This document shows positions 37,560 to 47,378 of a stretch of DNA of 64,000 nt, one piece after another. Each line of letters begins with the position of its first letter. Within the stretch, counting starts at the first letter, position 1. Made by a program: the position numbers and the translations under genes. The stretch lies in the IMG/VR virus record IMGVR_UViG_3300046689_000393, positions 5,720-69,719 of that record, one strand, 5' to 3'. The notes beneath the pieces were generated by a model that ran no database searches, was not told where the DNA came from, and was given only the letters and a program-made list of their open reading frames with translations. The DNA comes from a virus.

Positions 37560-38566
37560 TGTTCCGCGTAGACGATATTTACGACGAGGCCAAAAAAATC
37601 ATTGGCATCTGCGACGACACCAAACTTTTTCGCTGGTGCGGCGACGCGGTCACCTTAATTTCGAATAAGGCCGACCTGGAAGGCTGGAAAGGTTTCATCG
37701 ACATTTGCTCCGCCGGTTGCAGCGGGTGCGACAAAATCGGAAGCATTTGCAACAACCCCTCCGGCTGTGGACGGCGCTGTATCACGCTTCCTCGGGAGGT
37801 GGAAATGGTTATCGGTGTGAACATCGGCGGGCAACCCGTGCTTGGCATGGCTCAGCTTTTCGAGTTCCATTTGAACGGCCCCGGAAGCTGCCGGACAATC
37901 TGCGAATGGAAGTGGATGGACCAGGGCGGCTACCATTTTACTTTTCGTGACCTTGTGCATCCGGCGCAACTTGTCGCGTATCTTCAGACGCCGGAAGACA
38001 ACGGCAAAACTTTCATAGTTTACGGGTTCGATAGCAAGGGCAATGTCCTGCGCCACACGGAGGGCGGGCAGGTGTTAAACGGCTATCGGGTCCCAACGAT
38101 TTACGGCGTCGCAGTCCCGGACGTGGGCGCTCCCGAAATTGCGCGCATCACCGGAATTTTCAAAGACCGAACTGTGGGCAATGTCCGGCTCAGCACTACG
38201 GATGACAGCGGCACCACCGGCACCCTCCTGGGAATTTACGAGCCGGACGAACAGAACCCGCAATACCGGCGGATTCAACTCAACCGCTCTTGCAACTGGG
38301 CGCGCATTGCCTACCGTAAGACCAATCCAGTTTTCTTCAGTCGCTTCGACCATATCGCCTTGAAAAGCCGCGTCGCTTTCTTGCTCGCTATGCAGGCTCG
38401 GAAACATTACGCAGACCTTCAGATTGCCGACGCGCACGCCTACGAGGCGGACGCTGCCCGGCTGGAAATTGAAGCGCAGCAAATGAGTGAGCCGCCGTTA
38501 TTCATGCCGGTGCAGGTCATCGACATGAGCAACCCGCGTGACAAATTCGACTACGATATTCGTTGA
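37559..38566 (+). CDS. Putative head-tail adaptor / tail protein
   Basis: 335 aa; function inferred from position only. Confidence 0.5.
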   Translation: MFRVDDIYDEAKKIIGICDDTKLFRWCGDAVTLISNKADLEGWKGFIDICSAGCSGCDKIGSICNNPSGCGRRCITLPREVEMVIGVNIGGQPVLGMAQLFEFHLNGPGSCRTICEWKWMDQGGYHFTFRDLVHPAQLVAYLQTPEDNGKTFIVYGFDSKGNVLRHTEGGQVLNGYRVPTIYGVAVPDVGAPEIARITGIFKDRTVGNVRLSTTDDSGTTGTLLGIYEPDEQNPQYRRIQLNRSCNWARIAYRKTNPVFFSRFDHIALKSRVAFLLAMQARKHYADLQIADAHAYEADAARLEIEAQQMSEPPLFMPVQVIDMSNPRDKFDYDIR

Positions 38567-38611
38567 CATTAAAGGTGCCTCGAATCAAACGAATGTGTGA
38601 TATAATAAAGT

Positions 38612-39232
38612 ATGACGAATAGTGAAATCATCACTTTGTTTTTTGCGCAGAGTCTCTTAACCATAAAAGAGGACCCAAAAGCCTTTGAAAAATTTAAGGC
38701 GCGAACTCATGCACGGGCGGTGCGAGCTACTCCGGAGGGCGGGGCTCGGGCGAAGGCCGCACAGAATAAATTTCGTGGGTCGCCTCAATGGGCGGGCTAT
38801 GTGGAGGCGCACCGTGAAGAGGCACTTGAACGGGCTAATGAGTGGCAAACAGAAAACCGGGAGCGAGCCAACGCAAACAAACTCGCTCACCATTACCGAA
38901 AGTTGGAAAGCTCGCCATCATATCAAATCGAAAAAAACATTCGATGCCGTATTTGGTGGGCACTGAATGAGGCTGGGGCCAATAAGACCGCCGATACCCT
39001 GTCCCTGATAGGGTGCAGCGTTGAGGAATACTGGGCGCACCTGGAGAAACAATTTCAACCGGGAATGACGCGCGAAAATTACGGTTCGTATTGGGAAATT
39101 GACCACATTAAACCGTGCGCCAGATTTGACCTGACCGACCCAGACCAGCAGCGAGTGTGTTTTCATTTTTCGAACGCGCAGCCCAAAACGGTGTTTGAAA
39201 ATCGAAGTAAGGGGGATACCTGGAATGGGTGA
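38612..39232 (+). CDS. HNH endonuclease
   Basis: HLEKQFQPGMT.ENYG..WEIDHIKPC..FDLT..CFHFSN; preceded by TG-A-TATAAT-N5-ATG. Confidence 0.9.
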   Translation: MTNSEIITLFFAQSLLTIKEDPKAFEKFKARTHARAVRATPEGGARAKAAQNKFRGSPQWAGYVEAHREEALERANEWQTENRERANANKLAHHYRKLESSPSYQIEKNIRCRIWWALNEAGANKTADTLSLIGCSVEEYWAHLEKQFQPGMTRENYGSYWEIDHIKPCARFDLTDPDQQRVCFHFSNAQPKTVFENRSKGDTWNG

Positions 39233-41237
39233 AGCAGGCTCACGAATCCTCGACTATGACGGCACGTTCTTCCTGGGCGTGGACTCGTCTAATGACCCGT
39301 CGCAATGCCGCCTCGGCGCGTGCTGGACGGCGCTGAACATGATTAACCTTGGCGGGCAACTCTCCTGCCGCCCTGGGCATCGTTGCATCGTCCAACTCCC
39401 GGACGGCAACCTTCAGGGGGCCGCTGTTTTCAAACCGCAGGAGGGCCTGGAGCAGATGGTCGTCGCCGTGGACGGACAAGTCTACGTCGCCCTGTGGCCC
39501 TTCAATCAGTTTCACCTGCTCACGAACGTTCTTTTTTCTCCGACCGCGAAGCAGATTTTTTGGGCGCTCACCACTCAGGCGGCAGAGCGTTTAAACGAGG
39601 ACTTTTCATCGGGCATCAAAGTAATTCCTCCCAAGTCCGTGCTCATTATGCAGGACGGCGGCTTCACTGCACCCGCTTGGTATGACGGTTCGAACTCCGG
39701 CCACATTCGAGACCACGCTTTCGACACTCCCGCCGGTGGGCCGATGGTTTGGGTGGGAAATCGTCTTTGGGTCTCCGTGAATAATTCGGTTCAGGCCAGC
39801 GACATTGCAAACCCGTTTAGCTTCCGAGAGCAAATCTATCTCGGCGGGCAATCTGCTTTCTACTTCGCGAGCGAAGTTACCGGGATGGTGAAAACTCCCA
39901 GCGTGGAATCGCCGCAGTTGTTGGTCTTCACTGAAGCCAATGCTTCCATCCTCCAGGCCAACATTCAGGACCGCTCGCAGTGGCCGACGACCACGAATTT
40001 TCAAGAAGAAATTTTGCAGGTGGGCTGCCTCTCGAACCGCTCGATAAAATCCCACTACGGGCAGGTCATCTGGTTTTCTCCTTCGGGCGTCGCAGTGTTC
40101 GACCCGGCCACGTCCGGAAAACTCACCTCTCGGTTGCCAGTCCGCGATAACGAAATGATGTTTTCCAAGGTCACGCTGAGCGACGACCTTAGCCTCGTGG
40201 CGGCGGGCACTTTCGGGCAATTTTTCGTAATGTCGGTTCCGGCGGAAGACACTTTCAACAAACACACCTGGGTTTTAAATAACGCCTCCCTGGCGACGCT
40301 GACCGATGCTTCCGGCCCGTCGTGGGCCGGTCACTGGACAGGGACGCGCCCGGTTGAATGGGTGTGCGGAGAAATCATGGACGCTGAAAGGGCCTTTCAC
40401 GTCTCCGCCGATACGGACGGGCATAATCGGCTGTGGGAATCCTTCAGGCCGGACCGGCTCGACAACGGTTGCCCGATTACCTGGGCATTCACCACGCGCG
40501 CGCACTTCGGACAAACGGCCCCCGTTCAGGCCAAGCTGCCGGGCTCGACCTGCCGCTTGCAGTGGGTAGACGTTGCGCTGGTTGGCATCGCGGAGGACGT
40601 GGACTTAGGAGTTTTCTACGCTGGCGGCACGAGGGGCGCGTTTCAGCAAGTCATGTCCCGGCGCATCTCAGTTGAAAAGGGCAGCCTATCCTGGGACCTG
40701 GAAATGGATAGCAACACCACAATTTTTGCATTCAAGCCGCAGTCTCGAACCGTCCGCACGGAGGACGCGAACCAGAAAACCGACAACGATTCTTTGAGCG
40801 CGTGCGGAATCGAGCGCGCCGACATTGACAATATTGACGACTGTTTTCAATATCTCATTGTAGGGCATGGTCCGGCCACGGTTAAATATGTCCGCTCGTT
40901 CGCCCTGACTACTCCGGAAGACAAATCCGGCGCGTCCACTGCGTGCGAGGACGAGACCGGGCTAAACGCGGTCCGCTACGATGGCGCAGCAGTGAAGGGA
41001 ACCGACCGAGCGGAAGTCACCGCTGCTCTCGCGGACGTGCAGGAGCAGCACTTCACTTCGAACCAAACGGAGCTTGTAATTCAGGACGGATTCAGCGCTG
41101 TCGGAACTGGTTTCGCTGAGAGCATCGTCAATCAGGGCGCAGCCGACCGAGTCGCCAAAATAATCGCCACAAAACAGGCGGAGGCAGAGCTTGCGGGCGT
41201 CGTTCCGCCCACAATTTCAGCAGGAATCGACACCTAA
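39225..41237 (+). CDS. Putative tail nozzle / tubular protein B-like
   Basis: 670 aa, beta-rich with NRLWV..SD and VGC.S..SI elements; podovirus-like position. Confidence 0.55.
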   Translation: MGEAGSRILDYDGTFFLGVDSSNDPSQCRLGACWTALNMINLGGQLSCRPGHRCIVQLPDGNLQGAAVFKPQEGLEQMVVAVDGQVYVALWPFNQFHLLTNVLFSPTAKQIFWALTTQAAERLNEDFSSGIKVIPPKSVLIMQDGGFTAPAWYDGSNSGHIRDHAFDTPAGGPMVWVGNRLWVSVNNSVQASDIANPFSFREQIYLGGQSAFYFASEVTGMVKTPSVESPQLLVFTEANASILQANIQDRSQWPTTTNFQEEILQVGCLSNRSIKSHYGQVIWFSPSGVAVFDPATSGKLTSRLPVRDNEMMFSKVTLSDDLSLVAAGTFGQFFVMSVPAEDTFNKHTWVLNNASLATLTDASGPSWAGHWTGTRPVEWVCGEIMDAERAFHVSADTDGHNRLWESFRPDRLDNGCPITWAFTTRAHFGQTAPVQAKLPGSTCRLQWVDVALVGIAEDVDLGVFYAGGTRGAFQQVMSRRISVEKGSLSWDLEMDSNTTIFAFKPQSRTVRTEDANQKTDNDSLSACGIERADIDNIDDCFQYLIVGHGPATVKYVRSFALTTPEDKSGASTACEDETGLNAVRYDGAAVKGTDRAEVTAALADVQEQHFTSNQTELVIQDGFSAVGTGFAESIVNQGAADRVAKIIATKQAEAELAGVVPPTISAGIDT

Positions 41238-42982
41238 TGAATACCGTCTTAGATACGCTATTTTTGCGGACGCCTCGGATTGAGTATGTCTGCCCGCCGG
41301 TCTGCGAAGTTATTTTTTCTGGTTCCGGTCATGCCGTGATTGTGCTTGAACCCATCGGCGGGAACCATTCCCCGACCGGGCTGATTAAGCGCGGCGTAGG
41401 CCACTCGTATTTGTCCTGGAATGTCTATCCCGGCGCGCTCTGCTACACGGTTTATTTTCAACCGACCGTTGGGGACCAGTTCGCTATCATCAGCGAGTGC
41501 GTGCCTCCCGGAACCATCGCGCTTTGCAAGCTCGGCTATTACAAATTTGACGCCGTGCTCACCGATGGTTCGACCACTCCGTTAAGCGACGCGTTTCACT
41601 CGGACGGCACCGGATACTCCTACTGGACGATTGACCAGTTCGCGACCGGGACGCAAATCAACATCTACCGGAGCGACACGATTGACGGAACCTATACGCT
41701 GGAGTTAGTATCGGATACGGGGCTTATATTTCAGACCTGCGCGGACGGTTGTTACGCCGTCTCTGCAATTACCCTGGACGGCGAAACTCCTTTGAGCGCT
41801 CCGGCCTGTAACTGCGTGCCGCTCACGCTTTGCGAGGACGGTTTCGGCTTTAACGAACTCCTGTGCGAGTGCGTGCCCTGCACTTTCCCGGACCTGCCGT
41901 GCGACACTGGCTTTGCCTGGGACGCCACGCAGTGCAAGTGCATAGCTGCTGGCCCTCCGGGTCCGCCGTTCGAGTTCAACATGTGCAAGGACGTTGCTGA
42001 CGGATTTACTTTCGACGCGCCCGGCACCTTCGCCTCTCCGTGCGTTTTCTCACTCGTGGGCTCACTTCCGGCGGGCATCACTTTCACGCAGGACACGCCG
42101 CTAAGTGCTTCTATTTCGGGAACCCCGACCGAATACGGCACTTTCAATTTCGTGGTGGAAATCACGGACGCAGGCGACCAGTTTCAAGAACTGAGCTACA
42201 GGCTTTTCGTTGAAGGCGTCAATAGCACGTCGCCTCCTCCGACTCCTGAAATCGGCGTGCCCTATTCATTCACCTGGACGGCAACTGGCGGAACTCCTCC
42301 GTATTTCTGGCAGATTGAATATTTGGCTCCGCACCCGCTCGGAATTCCGGGGCTCACCTTCGACGCTTCGACGGCTACGCTTTCGGGAACTGCGACAACT
42401 CCGGGGACCTACAATTTCAACGTCATCGAATGCGACAAGGACAACGACTGCTGGACTTCATGCGACGCGTGCGAACCACATTGCACTTGGGTGATGAACT
42501 CATGCCCGAACTGGGATTCGCTGACGCCGGGTTGGTTCACTCTTGCGAGCGGGTCTGATGGCGGCGGGTCATTTGGATTTTCTCAATCTGCGCCCAATCA
42601 GCAAGCCGTGACGGCATCCATTCCGGACCCATTCACGAGTGACGCACAAATCGAACGGCAGTCTTCGGTCACCGTAGGGGGCAACGGCGCGTGCAATATA
42701 AACATTCACGTAGTCCTGAGCAAAACCGGCGACCTTACTGCGGTTTGCGGAGGCATAGGAATTTTCAACCCCGGACCTGGGGGTCCTGTGTTCGCGTTCA
42801 ACTGGGACGCAGGAATCGTGCATCCCGCCGGGACATACAATCTTCCCGTCACTCTTCCAGACAATGGAGGAGTGCCCTACACAGTTATCGTGGACGTTAG
42901 CGCTGTCGCGGGCGGAGTCTGCGGAGCCACGTCACACACCTTATCAACCATCGGCCTCGATGCCACCTTTACAAACGTATGA
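41237..42982 (+). CDS. Cys-rich protein with putative Ig (He_PIG-like) repeats
   Basis: GSLPAGITF..ISGTPT.YGTFNF and ATGGTPPY..PGLTFD..LSGT.T.PGTYNF; two C-x10-CxC repeats. Confidence 0.75.
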   Translation: MNTVLDTLFLRTPRIEYVCPPVCEVIFSGSGHAVIVLEPIGGNHSPTGLIKRGVGHSYLSWNVYPGALCYTVYFQPTVGDQFAIISECVPPGTIALCKLGYYKFDAVLTDGSTTPLSDAFHSDGTGYSYWTIDQFATGTQINIYRSDTIDGTYTLELVSDTGLIFQTCADGCYAVSAITLDGETPLSAPACNCVPLTLCEDGFGFNELLCECVPCTFPDLPCDTGFAWDATQCKCIAAGPPGPPFEFNMCKDVADGFTFDAPGTFASPCVFSLVGSLPAGITFTQDTPLSASISGTPTEYGTFNFVVEITDAGDQFQELSYRLFVEGVNSTSPPPTPEIGVPYSFTWTATGGTPPYFWQIEYLAPHPLGIPGLTFDASTATLSGTATTPGTYNFNVIECDKDNDCWTSCDACEPHCTWVMNSCPNWDSLTPGWFTLASGSDGGGSFGFSQSAPNQQAVTASIPDPFTSDAQIERQSSVTVGGNGACNINIHVVLSKTGDLTAVCGGIGIFNPGPGGPVFAFNWDAGIVHPAGTYNLPVTLPDNGGVPYTVIVDVSAVAGGVCGATSHTLSTIGLDATFTNV

Positions 42983-43797
42983 GCTTAATACCTACTAGCC
43001 TGTTTATCCAGGCCGCGCCACTGCCCGCAACTTTTCGCGGCACACCAAACGACTTCCTCGCCGCGATGGTGAAGCGGATGAAAATCCTTTCGCCCAACGG
43101 GACCAACTTTATTTTCATCGGCGACACCGAGCCAACTTCTAATGTGGGTCCGTGGTTGAAGAACGGAACGCAGTGGTTCGTTTGGGATGACACAATCAAG
43201 CGGTATGTGCCGCTAGATATTTCGGCCTCGTTCACCATTCCATTTTTCATCGGCACCTCGACGCCGGGCACCAGCACGCCGCCGGTGTGGCTGCGGACCA
43301 CAAAAGACGCTACCGACATTGCGCCGAATGATTTTGGCTCTGCGGTGGGTTGGTATCTTTTCGACGGGACAAACTGGGTAGCCTTTAACAGCGAGCCCCC
43401 GTCCGGACCAACTTCTGCGCGACCGACTTCGCCGGTGGACTACCAGCAATTTTTTGACACAACCATCAACTGCCTCATTTGGTGGGAGCGTGCTTTATGG
43501 AGAACTGTTTCCGGCGTGCCGGGTGACATTAAGCAAGTGGCGTTCGAAGTTCTCACCGATGCACTCAACAGTAACCCAGGTTGGGCGCTCTTCGGCTCCG
43601 GCAACGTAGACTTCCGTGGCCGCGTTCTCTCCCAGGCCACGAAGGACCCAGGGGCCACGCCCGAGACAAACTTAACTGTCGGTCTCGGAATTACACCCAG
43701 GGCAGCTTTCGAAGTGTTTCAACAGGACAAGCTTTATGCGATTGCCGCGCAGGTTTTTCCCGGTGAAATCGCACTGTGGACTTTGGTAAAGACGTAG
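42979..43797 (+). CDS. Putative tail protein
   Basis: PGDIK..GW....DFRGRV resembles a tail-collar motif. Confidence 0.55.
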   Translation: MSLIPTSLFIQAAPLPATFRGTPNDFLAAMVKRMKILSPNGTNFIFIGDTEPTSNVGPWLKNGTQWFVWDDTIKRYVPLDISASFTIPFFIGTSTPGTSTPPVWLRTTKDATDIAPNDFGSAVGWYLFDGTNWVAFNSEPPSGPTSARPTSPVDYQQFFDTTINCLIWWERALWRTVSGVPGDIKQVAFEVLTDALNSNPGWALFGSGNVDFRGRVLSQATKDPGATPETNLTVGLGITPRAAFEVFQQDKLYAIAAQVFPGEIALWTLVKT

Positions 43798-43825
43798 TTG
43801 TCAAAGCTCGAAAAATTAGAGACTA
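43798..43825 (+). promoter_or_regulatory. Class-2 promoter-like motif upstream of tRNA(GTT)
   Basis: TTGTCA-N15-GAGACTA. Confidence 0.75.
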
Positions 43826-43856
43826 TTCTCTGACGCTGATGCCACTTAAATTTTAT

Positions 43857-43932
43857 CGCGGGCTGGAGCAACTTGGTAGCTCGGAAGGTTGTTCACCTTC
43901 AGACGTTGGTTCAAATCCAACGCCCGCAACCA
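43857..43932 (+). tRNA. tRNA with initiator (fMet)-type body and GTT anticodon
   Basis: CGCGGGC/GCCCGCA with C1xA72 mismatch, GAGC/GCTC D stem, GAAGG-TTGTTCA-CCTTC, GTTGG-TTCAAAT-CCAAC, A73 and CCA; 76 nt. Confidence 0.92.
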
Positions 43933-43969
43933 TTTTACAGACAACCTTTAAAGAGAAAGGGGTAAGCCG

Positions 43970-44968
43970 AACGATTTTGGATTAGGTGGATTATTTTCAG
44001 CAGCCGGGCAGATTGGCGCGGCAGCTATTCAGTCGGAAGCTGTTAAAGAGGCGACGCGAATGCAAATCGCGGCGTTGCAGCAACAGCGCGATTTCGTTTT
44101 CAAAAATCTGGACCCTAACTCGGTTCAGGCGCAGGCGACTCTTGCCGACATTCAGAACTCGATGGCGCGGTTACAGCTTCAGGGGACCACGGACCCCGCT
44201 CTCCTCGCCGCTCGATACCAATCGGAAGGCCAGCTTCTAAACCAGGGCGCTCAAATTGGCGTGCAGTCTGGACAGGTAGCCGACCAAGCGACTAAAGAAG
44301 CTCTGGCCGGAACTCCTGGAATGCAGGAGGCGAAAAACAAGCTTGTTGACGAGGCGCTCAATCAGTTGAAGGCCGGAGCGACTTTGCCGCCGGACGTAGA
44401 GGCGCAATTTGTCCAGTCCGGTCTTGAATCGTCCGGCATGGTGACCGGCGCAGCTTCGGGGCGCGGTATCGGCGGGCAACAGCTTCGCACCATTCTCGGC
44501 ACCGCCGGGATTCAGCTTCAGCAGCAGCGCCAGCAGCAGGCCGCACAGCTTTTGACCAACGCGCAGAACTTGGAAAACTCCCGGCAGAATATTCTGCAAG
44601 GACTTTTCCCTTCACTCTCGGCCACTCAGTTAAACAACCTAGGCGGCAGCGCAAAAGTTTTGGGCACTTCGGCCAGCATGTTGCCCGATGCAGGGCTCGG
44701 TGGGCAGGCAATTACAAACGTAATGCTCGCACGCGTGGGAGCAACGAATCAACTCGCACAGTCTTCTGCTGACGCGGCTGCTCGGGGCGGAATGGCGCAG
44801 GGCGCAATTTGGGGCAACGCAGTAGGCGGAGCGTCCAGCGCTCTCGGGCGCGCAATCCCTTCGATTAATCTCGGCGGAGGAAGCAACACCCCGGCTTCGT
44901 GGAATGTTCCCGCTAACGATGCCTACAATCCAGCCAACGGCTACAATCCAGGCGGGGGCTTTCAGTAA
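43970..44968 (+). CDS. Putative internal virion / ejection protein; proposed AAC start at 43970 (first ATG at 44060)
   Basis: Frame is open from TAA at 43949-43951; SD-like GAAAGGGGT-N6-AAC then DFGLGGLFSAAGQIGAAAIQS; Gln/Gly/Ala-rich. Confidence 0.75.
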   Translation, partial: NDFGLGGLFSAAGQIGAAAIQSEAVKEATRMQIAALQQQRDFVFKNLDPNSVQAQATLADIQNSMARLQLQGTTDPALLAARYQSEGQLLNQGAQIGVQSGQVADQATKEALAGTPGMQEAKNKLVDEALNQLKAGATLPPDVEAQFVQSGLESSGMVTGAASGRGIGGQQLRTILGTAGIQLQQQRQQQAAQLLTNAQNLENSRQNILQGLFPSLSATQLNNLGGSAKVLGTSASMLPDAGLGGQAITNVMLARVGATNQLAQSSADAAARGGMAQGAIWGNAVGGASSALGRAIPSINLGGGSNTPASWNVPANDAYNPANGYNPGGGFQ

Positions 44969-45879
44969 TGGCAATCAACCTTACAAGAGCCTGGACTTCA
45001 AAATCGCTGACGCCTTCGCTTCAGCCGGGCGTTGCGACGACTGACAATCCTGCCAGCCGTGATGCAAGCGGAATGGGCGGAATTTTTAGCGGAACCGGCA
45101 GCGTTGCCGGAAGCACAATCGCGCCCTCAGTGGCCGCGCAGTTAGCTTCGGGCTCTGACAACATAGGACTGGGGGCAGGCACGGGCGGAGGACTTTTTAC
45201 CGGAACGGGTAGTGTCGCTGCTGCGGCTCCATTAGTAGGCGGAGGTGGGGCTCCAGGCGGAGTAGTTTTCGGCTCTTATCCCGCAGGGAAAACTGTGGGC
45301 GGACCTTTGCAAGCGGGAGCAACGCCTTTAGCTGCGCAAACGCCCGGCACCAATCAGTCTACCATTAACAATTTGCTGGCAAACATTTTAGGCCCCAACT
45401 ATCAAAGCCTTTTGAGCACTGGCGACCGTTCCGGCCAAGTGGGCAACGGAATGGCAGACCCGGCACTGATTATGGCTCAGGCTTACGCGTCGCAGGAATA
45501 CGCCCGGCGCAATCTCATGGAGAACGCCGCGATGCAATCCGGCGCAGCGAATTGGAACGCCCGGTGGAACGCTGGCAACCCGGTTGCAAATCCGACCGGC
45601 GGAGCTTTCGGCTCAGCAGTAAATCCAGACTGGGCAACTTCGACCGCATATCAGCGCGTGTTGAATCAGTCAGCAGCGCAAGCAAATCGGACCGCACAAG
45701 CCGCTGCACTTTCGCCCGCTTATCCTCCGCAGATTCAAAGCTCGGTGGGCCAGCAGAACACCGGCGCGCAATGGAATCCTAACACGACTTCGGGCTGGGT
45801 TAGTCCGGCTGCCTCCTACGGAGCAAGCTACGGCGGCGCTGGAAGACCTTCAACAATGTTAATGTCAGCAGGAATTTAA
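44968..45879 (+). CDS. Gly/Ala-rich putative internal virion protein
   Basis: Low complexity; repeat GG(I/L)F(S/T)GTGSVA. Confidence 0.7.
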   Translation: MAINLTRAWTSKSLTPSLQPGVATTDNPASRDASGMGGIFSGTGSVAGSTIAPSVAAQLASGSDNIGLGAGTGGGLFTGTGSVAAAAPLVGGGGAPGGVVFGSYPAGKTVGGPLQAGATPLAAQTPGTNQSTINNLLANILGPNYQSLLSTGDRSGQVGNGMADPALIMAQAYASQEYARRNLMENAAMQSGAANWNARWNAGNPVANPTGGAFGSAVNPDWATSTAYQRVLNQSAAQANRTAQAAALSPAYPPQIQSSVGQQNTGAQWNPNTTSGWVSPAASYGASYGGAGRPSTMLMSAGI

Positions 45880-45883
45880 TTTT

Positions 45884-47374
45884 ATGGCACTCGGCGGACC
45901 CGGCGATGTTCAACCCACAGTGAATGCAGGAATGGCTGCGCAGCCTTTGGTGACGAGCGCGGACCCGTCCGTCGTGGGCGCGGGCGCTGTGGAGAATTTG
46001 GTGAACTCGTTTCGCAATGGGTCCATCACAATGAACGACATTCTCGACCGCGTTGATAATGTTGCCAAGGCGACGCGCAAGACCCGGCTGCAACAAATGA
46101 ACGAGTTCGTTTCTCCCCAAGCGATTGCGACTCGTCAGTCTCAAATTCAGGCTGCCGGTGCAACGGCGGACCTTGAAGCGCAGCAAGCGCACGCGAAATC
46201 TCAGTTGCTTCCGGCGGAATCCCAATTCGCTCAGGCAAAGCTGACGAAAGAGCAATCGGATTTGCTAAATAAAAACGCGACCGACACTTTTCTCCAATAC
46301 AATCCGCCGATTTACAAATTGGACAAAGAAGGAAAGCCGACCAGTGAGCCGGACTATCCGGCGATGGCGGAAGCGGGGCGTCCCTACGTCCGCGCGGGCA
46401 CTGCTCAACAAGTCGCTGCTCAAGGTTTGACGGTCGTGGGCGCTCCGGAAGTAATAACGGACAAGACCGGGACGCATACCATTTACCGAAATGCTTTGCG
46501 GGAGGACATTTCTCCCGGCTCCGACGCGTTCGAATATTACCACGGACTGCGGCAGCAGGCGATGGACATTTTCATGAAGCCCGCGAAGGGCGTAAAGGGC
46601 GGAAGCAGCAGCGGCTTAGTGCAGCCCTCTTCTGCGGTGTCAGATTCGGATTACCCGGAAGTGATGCCTACTCGCCCGGCTGCGGCTGGCGCTCCCAAGG
46701 TTGGCGGCGTGCTGACTGCTCCTCCGGCGGGGTCTCTTGCCCCCGACGTTTACAAACGACTTACGGAAGACCCTTGGCGCAATGAGTGGGCCGCAAAATC
46801 GGTTGCGATTAGCTCGCTGCCGGATATTAAAGCGGACTACGTTAAGCTGGACGCAAAAGGCGGACCGACGACCAACAACGACAATCTTTTGATGAACGCG
46901 CTGATGCAGTTGCGCGCTCCTGGCGCGACGCCCGGCGCACGAGGCGGGCAAGTGTCGGACCAAGTCGAATACATCGAACACGGTCAGCCCGTCATCACGA
47001 CTCTTTCACGGTTGAAAGAAACCCTTTTGAAGACAGAAAAATTTGCTCCGGAAGTTCGGAACCAACTTTTGGCTCAGGCAGAAAACTTGGCTACGGTCCG
47101 AGAGAAGAACGCTCAGAGCGCCATCAAGGCGAAGGTGAAAGAAAATCCCGACATTGTCGGTATGCTTTCAGGTCCGGAAGCGCTGCTTTTAACGAAAGAC
47201 TTTCCGGCGACTCCTGGGGAGAGCGTTCGCGCTGGCGATATTCAACCCACACCGGCGGCTGCATCGGCTGCTAGTCTTCCGGCGTGGGCGTCTTCAGTTC
47301 CCGGACTAAAGCCGGGCGTGGTTGGTGGAGTCCCTTCTTGGGTTGCTCCTGACGGTCGTCACTGGCCGCAATAA
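45884..47374 (+). CDS. Putative internal virion protein
   Basis: 496 aa in ejection-protein position. Confidence 0.65.
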   Translation: MALGGPGDVQPTVNAGMAAQPLVTSADPSVVGAGAVENLVNSFRNGSITMNDILDRVDNVAKATRKTRLQQMNEFVSPQAIATRQSQIQAAGATADLEAQQAHAKSQLLPAESQFAQAKLTKEQSDLLNKNATDTFLQYNPPIYKLDKEGKPTSEPDYPAMAEAGRPYVRAGTAQQVAAQGLTVVGAPEVITDKTGTHTIYRNALREDISPGSDAFEYYHGLRQQAMDIFMKPAKGVKGGSSSGLVQPSSAVSDSDYPEVMPTRPAAAGAPKVGGVLTAPPAGSLAPDVYKRLTEDPWRNEWAAKSVAISSLPDIKADYVKLDAKGGPTTNNDNLLMNALMQLRAPGATPGARGGQVSDQVEYIEHGQPVITTLSRLKETLLKTEKFAPEVRNQLLAQAENLATVREKNAQSAIKAKVKENPDIVGMLSGPEALLLTKDFPATPGESVRAGDIQPTPAAASAASLPAWASSVPGLKPGVVGGVPSWVAPDGRHWPQ

Positions 47375-47378
47375 TTTT

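Noticed and set aside
38567-39232. Group I intron carrying the HNH gene
   Set aside because: Flanking genes have their own stop and start, and there is no room for an intron core.
43857-43932. Ordinary elongator tRNA-Asn
   Set aside because: C1xA72, A11-U24, A73 and the overall sequence match tRNA-fMet; bacterial tRNA-Asn normally has U1-A72, G73 and A37.
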